Shown here piece by piece: positions 26,800-42,172 of a stretch of DNA of 64,000 bases. This stretch comes from Eledone cirrhosa (lineage: Eukaryota), in the NCBI GenBank assembly GCA_964016885.1, contig OZ024757.1:34162001-34226000 (forward strand), in the 5' to 3' direction. The position numbers and the translations under genes were made by a program. The notes under the pieces are model-generated. The model was given only the letters and a program-made list of their open reading frames with translations, was not told the DNA's origin and did no database searches. Position 1 is the first letter of the stretch; every line of letters begins with the position of its first letter.

Positions 26800-27011
26800 T
26801 TATCGTATATGATATAAGCGGAGGAATATGTTACCAAAAAATCAAATGGTAGGAGTGGGGTGTCAGCTTATATTTGGAGGTCAATATTTTAACGATTTTC
26901 ACCAACTTCAAATTTTACATAAATAAGGTTTGGACTTTTGCCCATTTCTCAGACATAGAATAGTGTGGTTGGATTATATTTGTATCAGCTTACATTCGAG
27001 TGTATATGGTA
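26800..27011. mobile_element. Possible pogo/Tigger-like MITE
   Basis: Degenerate termini tatcgtatat..tataag / cttacattcgagtgtatatggta. Confidence 0.4.
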
Positions 27012-27521
27012 TTTATATTATAATCATAAATGTTGTAAGGAAAGGGTTGATGTGTTTATCTATCTATATACTACTAAAACTCTGTGATTGCTTGCTTGCC
27101 TCTAGTGTAATACAGTTAAAAGGGCGCATAATGATAAAATAGTTTGAAAGGAAGTTGCCTCTGAAATTGGAATATAAATGGAATAAAACAAGTTTCGTGT
27201 GAATCAGAGCACTGGTTCCTGAGATATGGGGTTTTTCTGGATACCTTAATAAACAAAGAGAAAGATAGAGGAAGAGATAGTGGTTGTGACAAAGTAGATT
27301 GAGAGAGAGAGAGAAGGAGAGGAGACAGAGAAGGAGAAGGGAAGAGAGCTGGTGGTGTGGTTGTGTATATATATATATATATGTGAGTGAGTGTGTGTGT
27401 GTGTGTGTCTATGACCAGTGCATATGATCACACACCCACATATATATATATATATACACACATACATATATATATATATGTATACACACACGCACACATT
27501 TATATATATACACACACACAC

Positions 27522-27934
<413 letters not shown>

Positions 27935-28369
27935 CATATATACATACACACATATAGGCCTTCCAGTTTCATTTCACATTACATATATACAAGTCTGTGT
28001 ATATTTTAATTATTTAAAAATTATTTTTAAGTGAATATGATTTTAAAAAAAAACATTTTGAAATGAACATGACCCAGCGGTGGGTGGTCTAGAATACTTC
28101 TAAAACTCTGTGATGGTGAGCTTGTCTGTAATGTAATACAGCCAAAACGGTGCATAATGGGAAAATACTTTGAAAGGAAGTTGCCCCTAAAATGGGAATA
28201 CAAATGGAATAAAACAAGTTTTGCGTAAATCGGAGCACAGGTTCACAAGATACAGAATTTTTCTGGGTACCTTCATAAATAGAGAGAAAGAGATAGTGGT
28301 TGTGTGAGAGTAGATTGAGTAACATCAAGAGAGAATATATATATACACACACACACACATATATATACA

Positions 28370-28400
<31 letters not shown>

Positions 28401-29489
28401 GTTGTGAAGGCGTGTGGCTGAGTGGTTAGAGAATTGGATTCACAATCGTAAGGTTGTGAGTTCGATTCCTGGACCAGGCGATGCGTTATGTCCTTGAGCA
28501 AGACACTTTATTTCACGTTGCTCCTTCTACCTGGAGTTGCGACCGATAGATAGTATTAGCAATTGGAAAGACCAACGGAAACATTGTTCCCTCGGTCCGA
28601 TTTGACGAAAGTCGATCGTTCCTATATATATATATGGTCCTTCGAATTTCATTTTACATTATTTTACATGTTTGTGTATATTTTATTTATTTAAGAATTA
28701 TTTTTAAGTGAACATGATTTTAAAAAAAATTCTTGTAAGTGAACGTGACCCAATGGGTCATGGGTTGTTTAGTATTTATCTAAAAACCTTCAATAAGTTT
28801 TATGTAAGAAATTTTGATCATTTTCAAAAATTAACTGAAAATTATAGGCAGAAGAGTTAAAGAAAATTCCTAGGTCGTATTTATTGTGATTTTATATCAG
28901 AGACAAAAACAGATTTTTGGTAAAATACCAAATTTATTTCCACTCACTGTTTTCGTTAGGAACTGTATTATTAAAGAGATTTCCGTGCCAATGTTTGCTA
29001 CACAATGAAATACTTCCTCATATTTTCACCATATATAATTTATCTGTATTATTATGAATCAGTGATTTGGCAGTATTGGTAGAGGGTTGGCCGCCATGCT
29101 TTCTAGCATAGTTACGTCCCTTTACAGTCTGAGTTCAAATCCCGCCGAGGTTAACTTTGCCTTTCATCCTTACGGGGGTGTCGATAAAATAAAGTACCAG
29201 TAATGTACTGGGTAATTTCTGGCCTTGTGCCAAAAGTAGAAACAATTATTATGAATACTAGTAATAACAATAACAACAACAGTAATAATGATAATAATTT
29301 CTAATATTGGCACAAGGCCAGCAATTGGCAGGGGAGAGGAGAAAGTTGATTAAATCGACCCCCAGTACTTAACTGGTATTTTGTTTTATCAACTCTGTAA
29401 GGGTGAAGATAAAGCTAACCTCAGTGGGGTTTGAGCTCAGAATGGAAAGGGCTGTAACTGTATGCCTTAAAGCATGTCTTAGGAATTAT

Positions 29490-30350
29490 CATTGTCATCA
29501 TCATCATATTCATATGACCACCACCATCATCATCATCATTATCATATTCATATTACCATCATCATTATCATCATCTTTATCATCATCATCATCATCAGTT
29601 TATCAGGGTCATTATCATCATCTTTATCATCATCATCATCATCAGTTTATCAGTGTCATTATCATCATCTTTATCATCATCATCATCATCATTGACAGGC
29701 CAGTCAATAACATTTGCAATATCAAATCCCACTCCACCACATCAAACCCATCATCATCATCATCAATTAATAAAAGAATTACAATATCAAATCCCATCCC
29801 ATCACGACCACCACCAACACATCAAAGTTATAATCATCATCATCATCATCATCAGTTAATAACAATTAGAGTATCAGATCTCACCATTGTATCAAAAGCC
29901 ATTATCATCATCAGTCAATAATAGAATCCCACCGCCACCACCATCACCAAATCAATCATGAGCATCATCATCAGCATCAGTCAATAACAGAATCCCTCGT
30001 TTACCACCACCATCTTCACCACCACCACCACCACCTTCACCACTACCACCACCGCCACCACCTTCACCACTACCACCACCTTCACTACCACCACCACCAC
30101 CGGCACCACCATCTTCACCACCACCACTACCACCAACACCACCACCTTCACCACTACCACCACCACCACCTTCACCACCACCACCGGCACCACCATCTTC
30201 ACCGCCACCACCTTCACCACTACCACCACCACTACCTTCAACCCCAACACCGGCACCACCATCTTCACCACCACCACCTTCACCACTACCACCACCACCA
30301 CCTTCAACCCCCAACACCGGCACCACCATCTTCACCCCCCCCCCCCCCCC
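29490..30350. repeat. (CAT)n/(CAC)n low-complexity tract
   Basis: Direct observation. Similar tracts at 33800-34680, 36730-37120 and 51840-53260. Confidence 0.95.
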
Positions 30351-30674
30351 ACCACATCAAAATGTTCATATTTAAATTCAAATCTTGGGATTGAAATCTC
30401 ATTAGAATGAAGATATTACATTTTCATCGTTAGATGTTTGTTTTATAAGATATTAAGTTGGAAGTTAATTATTTCAGTAAATCCCATATATTTCAGATGG
30501 ATGTTAGCAGAGCTGTGTGGTTCAGGAGTTCGTTTCACAACCATATGGTGTCGGGTTCAATTTCACTGTGTGGCTCCTTGGACAACTATTTACTACTATG
30601 TATGTTATTGGGTTGACCAATGCCTTCGGTAGAGAGAAACTGTAGAAGCCTGTTGTATATGTGTATGTGTACAT

Positions 30675-31290
30675 CATCATCATCATCATCGTTTAACGTC
30701 CGTGTTCCATGCTTGCATGGGTTTGGACGGGAGTTTTCCCACTTGAGGCAAGAGTGGTTGTCTTGCTCGCATAGGACTGTCTGGCGGGTTTTCTACAGTT
30801 GGATGCCCTTCCTAACACCAACCACATTTACAGTGTGGGGTTGGGAGGTTTTTACTGTGTTGCCTACACGGCCACATTACAGCGTGGACTGTCTGGCAGG
30901 TTTTCTACAGCTGGATGCCCTTCCTAACACCAACCACATTTACAGTGTGGGACTGGGACGTTTTTACCGTGTTGCCTACACGGCCACATTACAGCGTGGA
31001 CTGTCTGGCAGGTTTTCTACAGCTGGATGCCCTTCCTAACACCAACCACATTTACAGTGTGGGACTGGGACGTTTTTACCGTGTTGCCTACACGGCCACA
31101 TTACAGCGTGGACTGTCTGGCAGGTTTTCTACAGCTGGATGCCCTTCCTAACACCAACCACATTTACAGTGTGGGACTGGGACGTTTTTACCGTGTTGCC
31201 TACACGGTCACATTACAGCGTGGACTGTGTGTTTTTTTTTCGTGACACCTACACAATCTCATTTGTTTCGGCCTGGATTTTGTGGCACCA
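30675..31290 (-). repeat. SINE-like element with an internal 112-bp tandem expansion x4
   Basis: Unit ggactgtctggc...ccacattacagcgt repeats every 112 bp. The unexpanded version is at 8525-8810. Confidence 0.9.
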
Positions 31291-31321
31291 ATATATATAT
31301 ACTCATATATACACACATATA

Positions 31322-31421
31322 CAGGGTGTCCCCAAAACATTGTATACACACTTTGATTACCTGTATGGCAATATTTATTAGAATGTTGTTCAAGTGTGTA
31401 TACATTTTTTGGGACACCCTG
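31322..31421. mobile_element. Tc1/mariner MITE
   Basis: ta|CAGGGTGTCCCCAAAACATTGTATACAC...GTGTGTATACATTTTTTGGGACACCCTG. Confidence 0.8.
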
Positions 31422-31487
31422 TGTATATATACACATGTATCTATATACACACATACATATATATAGACACATAGACATATATATATG

Positions 31488-31520
<33 letters not shown>

Positions 31521-34500
31521 CTATATAATATATATATACATATAGGTGTGTGTGTGTGTGTGTATGTATACGTGTGCGAATAGATACGTATGTGTGTACA
31601 TGTGTGTGTGTGTGTGTATGTGTATAAACATATAATTGTTTATGTCTGCACCCCATAACCTAGTAGTCTTCTTCTTTGCCCACTTATTCCTCAGAGGGTT
31701 GTGGGAGCAGTCTTCAAACACCCCTATTAGTAGTTCAATAAAAAAAAACAAAAACAATCCTGGTGTCGATATGATGGACTAAATCCCTTCAGAGCAGTGA
31801 CCTAGCATGGCCACAGTCTAATTAAATACTGAAACAAGTAAAAAGAATGAAAGAACAAAAAAATAAAAATGGTGGCACATGGGAATTCTGCCTGCTGTTT
31901 GTTCTGATATCTTGTTTGCAACACCAAGCAGCTCTGAAGTCGAACATAATACTTATATTGTAGATACTAAGTCTTGTATTGGTTTTAAATAACCAGCATT
32001 ACTTTGCAGTTTTTATAGAAGGATTTCAACACAGCTAACACTCTCTGTCTGTTTGAAACTATGAGCTTGTTCATGTTGGTGTTTTGAACACAGAGAAATA
32101 ATAAGGTTCTTGTTTAGTTTGATGGTTAACAACAAGAAACTTGCAGACAACTTAAAGAGATGTCACAAGAATCCTAGTTTCTCTGTTTCTGGCTCCGTGG
32201 TAGTGTGATAGTGTGGTTGTGTGGCATTGTGGTAGTGTGGTATTGTGGTAGTCTGGTACTGTGGTACTTTTACTGTGGTAGTGTGGTATTGTGGCTTTGT
32301 GGTAGTGTGGCATTGTGGTAGTATGGTACAGTAGTACAACTTGTGGTAGTCTGGTACTGTGGTACTTTTACTGTGCTAGTGTGGCTTTGTGGTTAGGGTG
32401 TTCAGCTCACAATCGTAAGGTCGTGAGTTCGATTCCTGGTGGCATGTTGTGTCCTTGATCAAGGCACTTTATTTCATGCTGCTCCAGTCCACTCAGCTGT
32501 AATTCAAAGGGCCAGCCTTGTCACACTCTGTGTCACACTGAATCTCCCTGAGAATTACATTAAGGGTATGCGTGTCTGTGGGAATGCTCAGCCACTTACA
32601 CATTAATTTCACGAGCAGGCTGTTCTGTTGATCACATCGACTGGAACACTCGCCGTAACTGACGGAGTGCCACTATAGTGTGGTACTGTGCTAGTATGGT
32701 ACTGTGCTAGTATGGTACTGTGCTAGTATGGTACTGTGCTAGTATGGTACTGTGTTGTACCACAGTATTATGGTAGTGTGTTGTACCACAGTATTATGGT
32801 AGTGTGTTGTACCAGAGTACTATGGTAGTGTGTTGTACATGTGTGTAGTAGTGGCGCCCACACACATCATTAGCTATTTGAAAAGATGATGGATTTCGCA
32901 ACTGACTGCACCAGGGTTCCTGTTCCTCAGGGAACCACACTATATGGTATACCTGTTGATATAGGTCCAGCCCCTGCTTTCCTGGGTCCTGTTTCTGATC
33001 ATAATCATCTCTAGGGATACGGGAATCAGTAGACGGGACCTGGGGGCAGCGATGGGGGACAGGGAATTCTAGGGCATGAGAGTGAGATCCATCATCTCGA
33101 CAGTAGGCGAAGAATGATGATGATGATGGTACAGAAGTACAACTAATATTATTTGGCAGTATCGGTAGAGGGTCGGACGCCATGCTTTTCAGCATAGAGT
33201 TACGGCCCTTTATGATCTGAGTTCAAAAGCCGCCGAGGTTAACTTTGCCTTTCATCCTTATGGGATCGATAAAATAAAGTACCAGTAATACACTGGGATA
33301 ATTGCTGGCCTTGTGCCAAAAGTAGAAACAATTATTATGATAGTGTGTTGTACCACAGTACTATGGTAGTGTGTTGTACCACAGTACTATGGTACTGTGA
33401 TACAACACACTACCACAGTACTATAGTACAAAAGTACAACTTGTGGTACTGTGTACATTTTCTGAGACAATGACACAATGTTATTGATATGGTCGTTAAA
33501 AATCTCAATTTATGCTACTCCCTGTAGTAATAACAACACACAAAACTCCTTATCAAAGATTAGAAACTGAAACTAATCCTGGTAAAATCAACGACTGTTT
33601 TGTCTTTTTTATCAAAATATTTTCTTTAGGGGTTATGTTTCAATTGTGTTTTTTTTCATTGGACATTTAAACAAAAAATTTCATTTTTTTTTTTTTGTGT
33701 GTTTGTAATTTGTTGTTATTCTAAGAAAGTAACATTTAATCTGATTTTTTTTTTTTATGGGGGTTCTTTTATGTTCTCAGATGTCTTGTGGATCACCACC
33801 GCCGTCTTGTTAATCATCATCATCATCGTCATCATCATCAATGTCATCATCATCATCATCATCCTTATGGTCACCATCATCATCATTATCATCATAATCA
33901 TTGTCATCATCATCATCGTCACTGCCACCACCATACCATCATCATCATCACCACCACCATCATCACCACCACCACCGCCGCCATCATCATCATCGTCACC
34001 ACCACCATCATCATCATCGTCACAGCCACCACCAAACCATTATCATCATCGACACCACCACCACCACCACCATCATGATCGTCACCACCACCAACACGAC
34101 CATACCATCATCGCCATCACCACCACACCACCACCATCACCACACCACCGCCACCACCACCATCATCACCACCATCACTACCATCACCTCCACCACCATC
34201 ATCATCACCGCCACCACCAAACCATCATCATCGTCGCCAGCACCATCACCACCATCACCATCATGATCATCACCATCACCACCATACCATCATGATCGTC
34301 ACCACCACCACCACCACCACCACCATCACCACCATCACCACACCACCATCATCACCACCATCACCACCATCACCACACCACCACCACCATCACCACCACC
34401 ACCATCACCACACCACCATCATCACCATCATCACCACCATCACCACACCACCATCACCACCACCATCACCACACCACCATCATCACCACCATCACCACCA

Positions 34501-36215
34501 TCACCACACCACCATCACCACCACCATCACCACCACCACCATCACCACCACCACCATCACCACACCACCATCACCACCACCATCACCACCACCACCATCA
34601 CCACACCACCATCATCACCATCATCACCACCATCACCACACCACCATCACCACACCACCATCACCACCACCACCACCATCCTTCTCCAGGCCTGAGTACA
34701 CCAGATTTTTTCCAGAGAGAGGAAGAATCGACCTTAGTTCTAGACTGGTACTTTTTTTTTTTTTTATTGACCTTGAAAGGATGACAGGCAGAGTTGACCT
34801 CGGCAGGATTTGAACTCAAAGAGCCAGAACCAATACCATAAAGCATTCTATCTGATGTTCTAATGACTCTGCCAATTTGCTGCTTACCAAAGTACTACAG
34901 TGTCATAATTTCACATCAAGAATCTTGCAAAATAAATACGACAAAGTAACTTATAAATTAGACACAGAGCTGTTACAGTTTATTTTTTATATTTGGCAAG
35001 ACGAGGTGGGGATGGGGTGAGGTGCAGAGTTGGATGAGGGCATGTGGAAGAGGAGTAGGTGGAGGGTGTGAGGTGGTGGCAGAGGAGAAGTGAAGAAAAG
35101 GCAGAGGAGATGATGAAAAGGAGGAGGAGAGGATAGAGGGAGAAGGGGGAGAGAATGAGGAAGGGATGGAGGGGATGAGAAAAAAGAGATGAGAAGGTGG
35201 AGGAGGAGGAGGCAGAGAGAATAAGGAACAGGAGGGAGAGAAGGATGATGTATGATGATGGTGAAGAGTTCATTTAAAAAAAAAAATGATATCTTCCCCA
35301 CCCCCCCCGCCTCTTTCTACCTCCCTTTCTAATATTGATGTGTGGGAGGAGAAAAAACTCCAAAGCCTATATATATTTGTTTCTACTTTAGGCACAAGGC
35401 CAGCAATAACCCAGTTCATTACTGGTACTTTATGAACTATTGTAATCAAGTAAACAGACTGGGACAATAAACTTTTAGTTTCCCTTTGATCTGCATTTTT
35501 TTTTTATTTACTCCATTAGAGTTTAGAAAACAAAACGCATACCTCTGGTAAAATAGAATTATTTTATCATCTATTATCTTCATTTGAAAAGTACTGGATT
35601 GGCAGAATTGGTAGAGTGTCAGACAAAATACTGTGCAGCATTTAGTTATGAATTTTCTGTCTTTAGTTGACCATACTTTGCAGCACAGATTTACAGCACT
35701 TTACGTTCTGAGTTCCAATCCCACCAAGGTTAGCTTTGCCCTTCCTCCTCACAGGGTTGATAAAATAAAGCACCAGTAATGCACTGGGGTCGATTTAATC
35801 ATCCCCCACCACTACCAACAAAAAAAAATTGGTAGAGTATTGGATGAAATGCTTTGTGGTATTTGTTTCAACATTTCACTTTCTGAGTTTAAGTCCTGCC
35901 AAGGTAAGCTTTGCCTTTCATCAGTATGAGGTTGTTAAAATAAAGCACCAGTAATGCACTGGGTCGATTTAATCACACACACCCATCACCATCACCACCA
36001 CCAAAAAAAAAAAAAAAAAAAAATGTTGGCCTTGTGCCTAAATCACAAAGCATTCTATTTGACAAGGGAATGGCTTTGCCAATTCACCATCTGGATAAAA
36101 TAAATATAAACACTTCAAAATAAACAGTTTCGTATTTTAAAAATAAGGGCAGTTTCAGGCAATTTCGTATAAAAAACTTTTTTATTCATATTTTCCTATG
36201 GATTCCTTTTAGTTT

Positions 36216-36448
36216 GTTTGGAACAGTAAAGTTTTCAAATCCATCAATACTGTTTCTAGGCCTGTGGGGGTCTTCTCTTCAGTATGAAGTACTGTTGGTG
36301 TGTATTGCTGCCACTTCATACTAGGCAAGGGTCAGTGTAATTGGTAAAGAAGTACCAACATAAACAAATATCCCTTCTTCATGAAGATGAGACTGTGAAG
36401 GCCTAGAAACATTGTCTGGGGGGATTTAGGAACTTTACTGTTCCAAAC
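36216..36448. repeat. Degenerate inverted-repeat element with hammerhead-like remnants (family H)
   Basis: Arms gtttggaacagtaaag...tgtttctaggcct and aggcctagaaaca...ctttactgttccaaac. The minus strand has CTGAAGA...ggccta-GAAA. Confidence 0.45.
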
Positions 36449-37438
36449 GGAATGCAAGACACTCGTGTGCAAATATGAAAATACCTCGATAAGAAAAGAC
36501 AAAACCAGAACGCAATCATGTTTTCAATACAATGCATGCACTCACTCATGCACCCTCACATATGCTCATACACACACACATATGCTCATAAACACACACA
36601 CATGCTCATATACACGCACATACACACATCATAATCTTGGCCTGAATGTTTTCTAAGTGCTTCTTACTGAATCTCCAACTGTGTCTACCTCTCACCATCA
36701 CCTTTCTTATCACCTCTGTGTACCTTCCCTCCACCACCACCACCACCATTACCACCACCACCACCATTAACACAACCACCATTAACACCACCACCACCAC
36801 CACCATTAACACAACACCACTATCACCAACAACACCACTATCACCAACAACACCACTATCACCAACAACACCACTATCACCAACAACATCACCACCACCA
36901 CCACCATCACCATCCCCATCATTATCATTACCACCACCACAATCCTATCATCACCACCACCACTATCACCACCACCACTATCACCACCACCAATATCACC
37001 ACCACCACCACCACCAATATCACCACCACCATCACCACCACCACCACCACCACCATCACCACCACCACCACCACCACCAATATCACCACCACCACCAACA
37101 CCACCACCACCACCACCACCATTATGTATTATCCACTCCTTCCCAATGACATCCAAACTACTCAAGATGTCACTCCTGTACCTGTGTATGTGGAGCCATG
37201 TAGAATTACCCACTTTCCTTTAAATCAATATTCTACATTCACAAGTCACTGCGACTCTCTCATATACATATGTATATGTACACACACACATACATACATA
37301 CATACATACATACATGAATACATATATATACACACATACATGCATACACATTTATATATATAATAAGCATTTTATATCTGCTTTCTACGCTCACATGGGT
37401 TGGACTGGCTGTCAAAAGCTGTCGTAAGATGCTTATAT

Positions 37439-37487
<49 letters not shown>

Positions 37488-37519
37488 GAGAAAGATATCA
37501 GGATTTTACCAATTTTAAA

Positions 37520-37670
37520 CTAGTAACAGAGTACTCAATACTTGGGTTAGTTGAGTGCAAACATATTAGAGAGTCATGACCCGACAGCTGAGCTCATGCC
37601 ATTTCGAGAGCAAATTCCAGTCTAGATTTTGCTGTTGAAATGGAAAGAGCTCAGCCATCTGGCCCCTACT
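37520..37670 (-). mobile_element. Divergent family J element
   Basis: cagagtactcaatacttggg...gacccgacagctgagctc...gagctcagcc. Confidence 0.6.
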
Positions 37671-37723
37671 CTAATATATATCATCATATATTTGTATGTA
37701 TGTATATATATATATATATATAT

Positions 37724-37791
37724 TGAAGAAAAAATAGGCAAATCTTTGTCTATTCTTTCCTCACTTTTATAATTTGATATATATATATATA

Positions 37792-37825
<34 letters not shown>

Positions 37826-37895
37826 TGAAGAAAAAATAGGCAAATCTCTGTCTATTCTTTCCTCACTTTTATAATTTGATATATATATATACATA

Positions 37896-37929
<34 letters not shown>

Positions 37930-37999
37930 TGAAGAAAAAATAGGCAAATCTCTGTCTATTCTTTCCTCACTTTTATAATTTGATATATATATATACATA

Positions 38000-38033
<34 letters not shown>

Positions 38034-38105
38034 TGAAGAAAAAATAGGCAAATCTCTGTCTATTCTTTCCTCACTTTTATAATTTGATATATATATATAC
38101 ATAGT
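37724..38105. repeat. ~104-bp tandem repeat x4 containing (TA)n spacers
   Basis: tgaagaaaaaataggcaaatctctgtctattctttcctcacttttataatttg. Confidence 0.9.
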
Positions 38106-38579
38106 GTGTGTGTGTATATATATAGTGTGCATGTATATACAAACACACCATTCACCTTCAATTACTGTTGTTGTTTATTAAGCAGCATTGAAAACTCATC
38201 TCTACTACAATACAACATAGGTCTTCAATGTTACCTCAAGCCTACTTCAAGAGATACAGAGAAAATCTTCTTATTGTCAACAGACACATCGGTTCTCTGA
38301 CCTTCTTAACATGACAGCTAACAGCCTTTGTGTAGTGGTTTGACATGCTAGAAATGGTAGCCAAATTTCCTCAAATCGCACCCTATTAAATATGGAACAT
38401 TGAACAATGTAGGTTTTGATATACAAAAAAAAAAAAGATGGGTTGCACAGGGCTTGAATGATTTTTATCATAGCTCTGCATAATTGGGGTTGGCTTGGAG
38501 CTAAACAAAAGCAAAACACGCACACCACACACCAACACACACACACACACACACACCATTATCATCGTTTAGCATCCGT

Positions 38580-39420
38580 TTTCCGTTAGCTTTGCCTTTC
38601 ATCCTTTCAGGGTCAATAGAATAAAATACCAGTAATGCACTGGGGTTGATTTAATCGACTTTCCTTTCTCCAAAAATTGTTGGCCTTGTGCCTATAATAG
38701 AAACCATTATTGGTGATTTGGCAGAGATCTGAGTTCAAATCCCGCCGAGGTTAACTTTGCCTTTCATCCTTACGGGGTCAATAAAATAAAGTACCAGTAA
38801 TGTACTGGGATAATTGCTGGCCTTGTGCCAGAGGTAGAAATATTATTATTATTGTTGTTGTTGTCGTTGTCATTGGGTAGTGGATTGGCAGTATCGGTAG
38901 AGCATCGGACACCATGCTTCGTGGCATAGAGTTACAGCCTTTTACGAGTCGAAATCCTACTGAGGTTAGCTTTGCCTTTCTTCATTAAGGGGTCAATAAA
39001 ATAAAGCACCAGTAATGCACTGGGGGCGATTTAATTGACTTTGTCCTCTCCCAAAATTATTGGCTTTGTATCTAAATCAGAAACCATCATTATTTTTGTT
39101 GTGAGTTCAAATCCCGCCGAGGTTGACTTTGCCTTTCATCCTTACGGGGTCGATAAAATAAAGTACCAGTAATGCACTGGGTAATTGCTGGCCTTGTGCC
39201 TAAAGTAGAAACAATTATTTTTGTTGTTGTTTAATATGCTTTGCGGCATATTGTTACGGCCCTTTATGTTCTGAATTCAAATCCCGCTAAGGTTAGCTTT
39301 GCCTTTCCTCCTTACAGGGTCGATAAAATAAAGCACCAGTAATACACTGGGGTCGATTTAATTGACTTTCCCCTCTCCTCCAAATTGCTGACCTTGTGCC
39401 TACAGTAGATATAATTATTG
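38580..39420 (+). mobile_element. Same-orientation array of about five tRNA-SINE copies or fragments
   Basis: Repeated ctttgcctttcatcc...accagtaatgcactggg...ggccttgtgcc. Confidence 0.85.
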
Positions 39421-41934
39421 CTGTTGTTTTTGTTGTTGCTGTTTGAATGATTCCTGTGGTTTGGCAATTACAACTACGGCTTCTTTTGCTTCAGATAAGC
39501 TCTTCAGTTCTATTCTAATTTTCCACCATTACCACCACCACCACCACCACCGCTACCACCACTGCCACAAACAACACTACCACCATCACCACTACCACTA
39601 TCACCACTACAACCACCACCACCATCATCACCATCATCACCACTATCACTTCAACTACCTGACAGTTCACTCCACTACACTACACACCTCTCTACTACAA
39701 CTATGTCACACATCACTTCACTACATTACTACACCACACTCCACTACAACCACACTACACTCAACTACCACACTACATTCAACTAACACACCACACTCCA
39801 CTCCACACCCACCACACTTTTCTCCACTCTACAACCACTACACTCAACTACCACACTACACTACACTCAACTTCTACACTACACTCAACTACCACACTAC
39901 ACTATACTCAGCTACCATACTATACTACACTCAGCTGCCACACACACACGTCTCTCATTTGATGCAGTTAATCTTTTTCATACCAAGCCAACTGAATCCC
40001 TGGTTCTGTGATAAAAACTGTTTACTTTATTTTAAAATCTTCTTTCATAATTTAAAAAAAAAACCAACATTAAGTTATGTTCCAAACACCAGCTTAATAA
40101 TGAGAAAGTTAGTTATATTACTGAATCTTTCCAAATTCTTGATTATTTAAAAAATTATTTGAAAACCATAGGCTGTGTCTTTCATTAGACTCTTCTATAC
40201 CAGTACAGGCGGTGAATTGGCAGAGTATTGCTATTCATTCTGACTCTCTGTCTCTGAGTTCAAATCCTGCCAAGGTCAACTTTGCCTTTCATCATTTCAA
40301 GGTCGATAAAAAAAAAAAAAAAGTACCAGTCTAGTATTGGTGTTGATTCTTCTTCTATATCTTTTTTCTTATTTTTCCTCTTTCTCATTTTCTATCTTTC
40401 TCTGGAAGAAATCTGCTGTACTCAAGCCTGGAGAGGAATGGGTTCCACCAGGTTTAAAAGGCTCAAGAAACGCTGTATGTCAATACAGTGACCCTACAAC
40501 TCTATCGGGAGTTATGGGACCATATATACGAGAATACATAAATATCAGTACAATTCATCATTAACGATGGCAATAGTGTTGAATATATTTAATTTTTGGA
40601 GTCCAAGATTGGTATGTCATATATACCAGAATTACAGTATATTAACAACCCACTAGGAAATTTGTGGTTTAATAAATTTGTGATTTGCTTAAAAGAAACT
40701 TTATAGTTTATGTTGATTACTGACAAATGATTAAAGATAAAATAATACTTTAATTGTTTATTTTAGGATATAGGTCAATAAATGTTTAGTAAGTATGTGT
40801 ACAAATGACATACACAGTGAAATACATAAGTAACTTTGAAGAAGAAATAACTATTTATAGAGACAAATGTAGGTTTGGAACCCAAGACCTTGTGATCAGA
40901 AAGAGAACTTCTTGTAGCAACAAGGCTGAGATAGGAAATGAGCTGTGGGTATGTTTCTGTGTGTGTAAATTTTAAAGTTAGAGTTGGATATATTTAGAAA
41001 TATACAAACACACGTGGTTTATTATTATAGTTGGGGATTGTAGTAACATGATTGAGATAGGAAATATATTGTGTGTATGTAAATTTTAAAGAATTATACA
41101 CGCACACACGCACACACACACACACACTCACACACATATGTGTGTGTGTGTATGTATGTATATACATATAAGCACTTGAAGAGAGGTCACTATTTTGATG
41201 CCTCTTGTTTTCTGAAGGTATGGTCAAATTTGGACCTTGAAATCTTGGGTAACGCCATTGTTCCATGTATGAACATATTATATATATATATAATTATCAT
41301 CATCACTGTTTAGTGTCTATTTTCCTACATTACAGTACAGACTGAGTGCTTTTTTATCATGTCACACATACATACAAATACACATGGCCTCTTATTGTTG
41401 AGGATTGTAGCAACATGACCGAAATGGGGAATGCACTGTGTGAATGTTTGTATGTGCTGGTGTGTGTAAATAATAAAGAGTTACAGATGGATATATATAT
41501 ATATTTATATATAAATACAAACACCAAACTCACTTGGTGTATTATTATGAAAGGGTTAATATAGAGTAATGAAAGGGTTAATATAAAGTTTCTAAGCTGA
41601 CTGTTGTGTTTCCAGTATGCTATGTCAAAGTTATTATTATCTCAGTAGTTATTGAAGCAGGTATATTATAGGTTATCATGAACATTGTTTTGGAACTTAT
41701 TGACCGACTGTGGTACAATGGCTGACAGAAAACTGAAACAAATACATTATAATCCACCCCGTCATATATATTATCTTCCTCACCTTTTTATGTTTACACT
41801 AAGAATGTTTAGTCAGACAGGACTATTTTTTTTTATTTTATTTTACTTTATTTTGCTAATTAGTTAAATTTCGGAAAGTTGCTCCAGGTAGAGCTGCTAC
41901 CTCTCTGAATTGAGAGATCACAACTCTGCTAATC

Positions 41935-42172
41935 CGGCCATTGTGTTTAGAATGTCTCAAGGAAGAATCACTTGATAGATTTTACAGGCAAAACCAACCT
42001 GCAGGAGACCTAGGGGTAGACCTCGAGCAAGATGGTTGGATATCATCCATGAGCTCGGCTTACCTTGCCTGGGATCCTGCCAGATTAATTGGAGACGGTT
42101 GCTTCTGACAGGACCTGCTTGATGACTCTGCCTCCACTATACTCCCAGGAATAAGTGGGCGAGGAAGAAGTT
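41935..42172 (+). pseudogene. RTE-clade LINE 3' end
   Basis: ILQAKPTCRRPRGRPRARWLDIIHELG...ETVASDR, ending in a gaagaag tail. The same 3' end occurs at 31665-31720(-). Confidence 0.75.
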
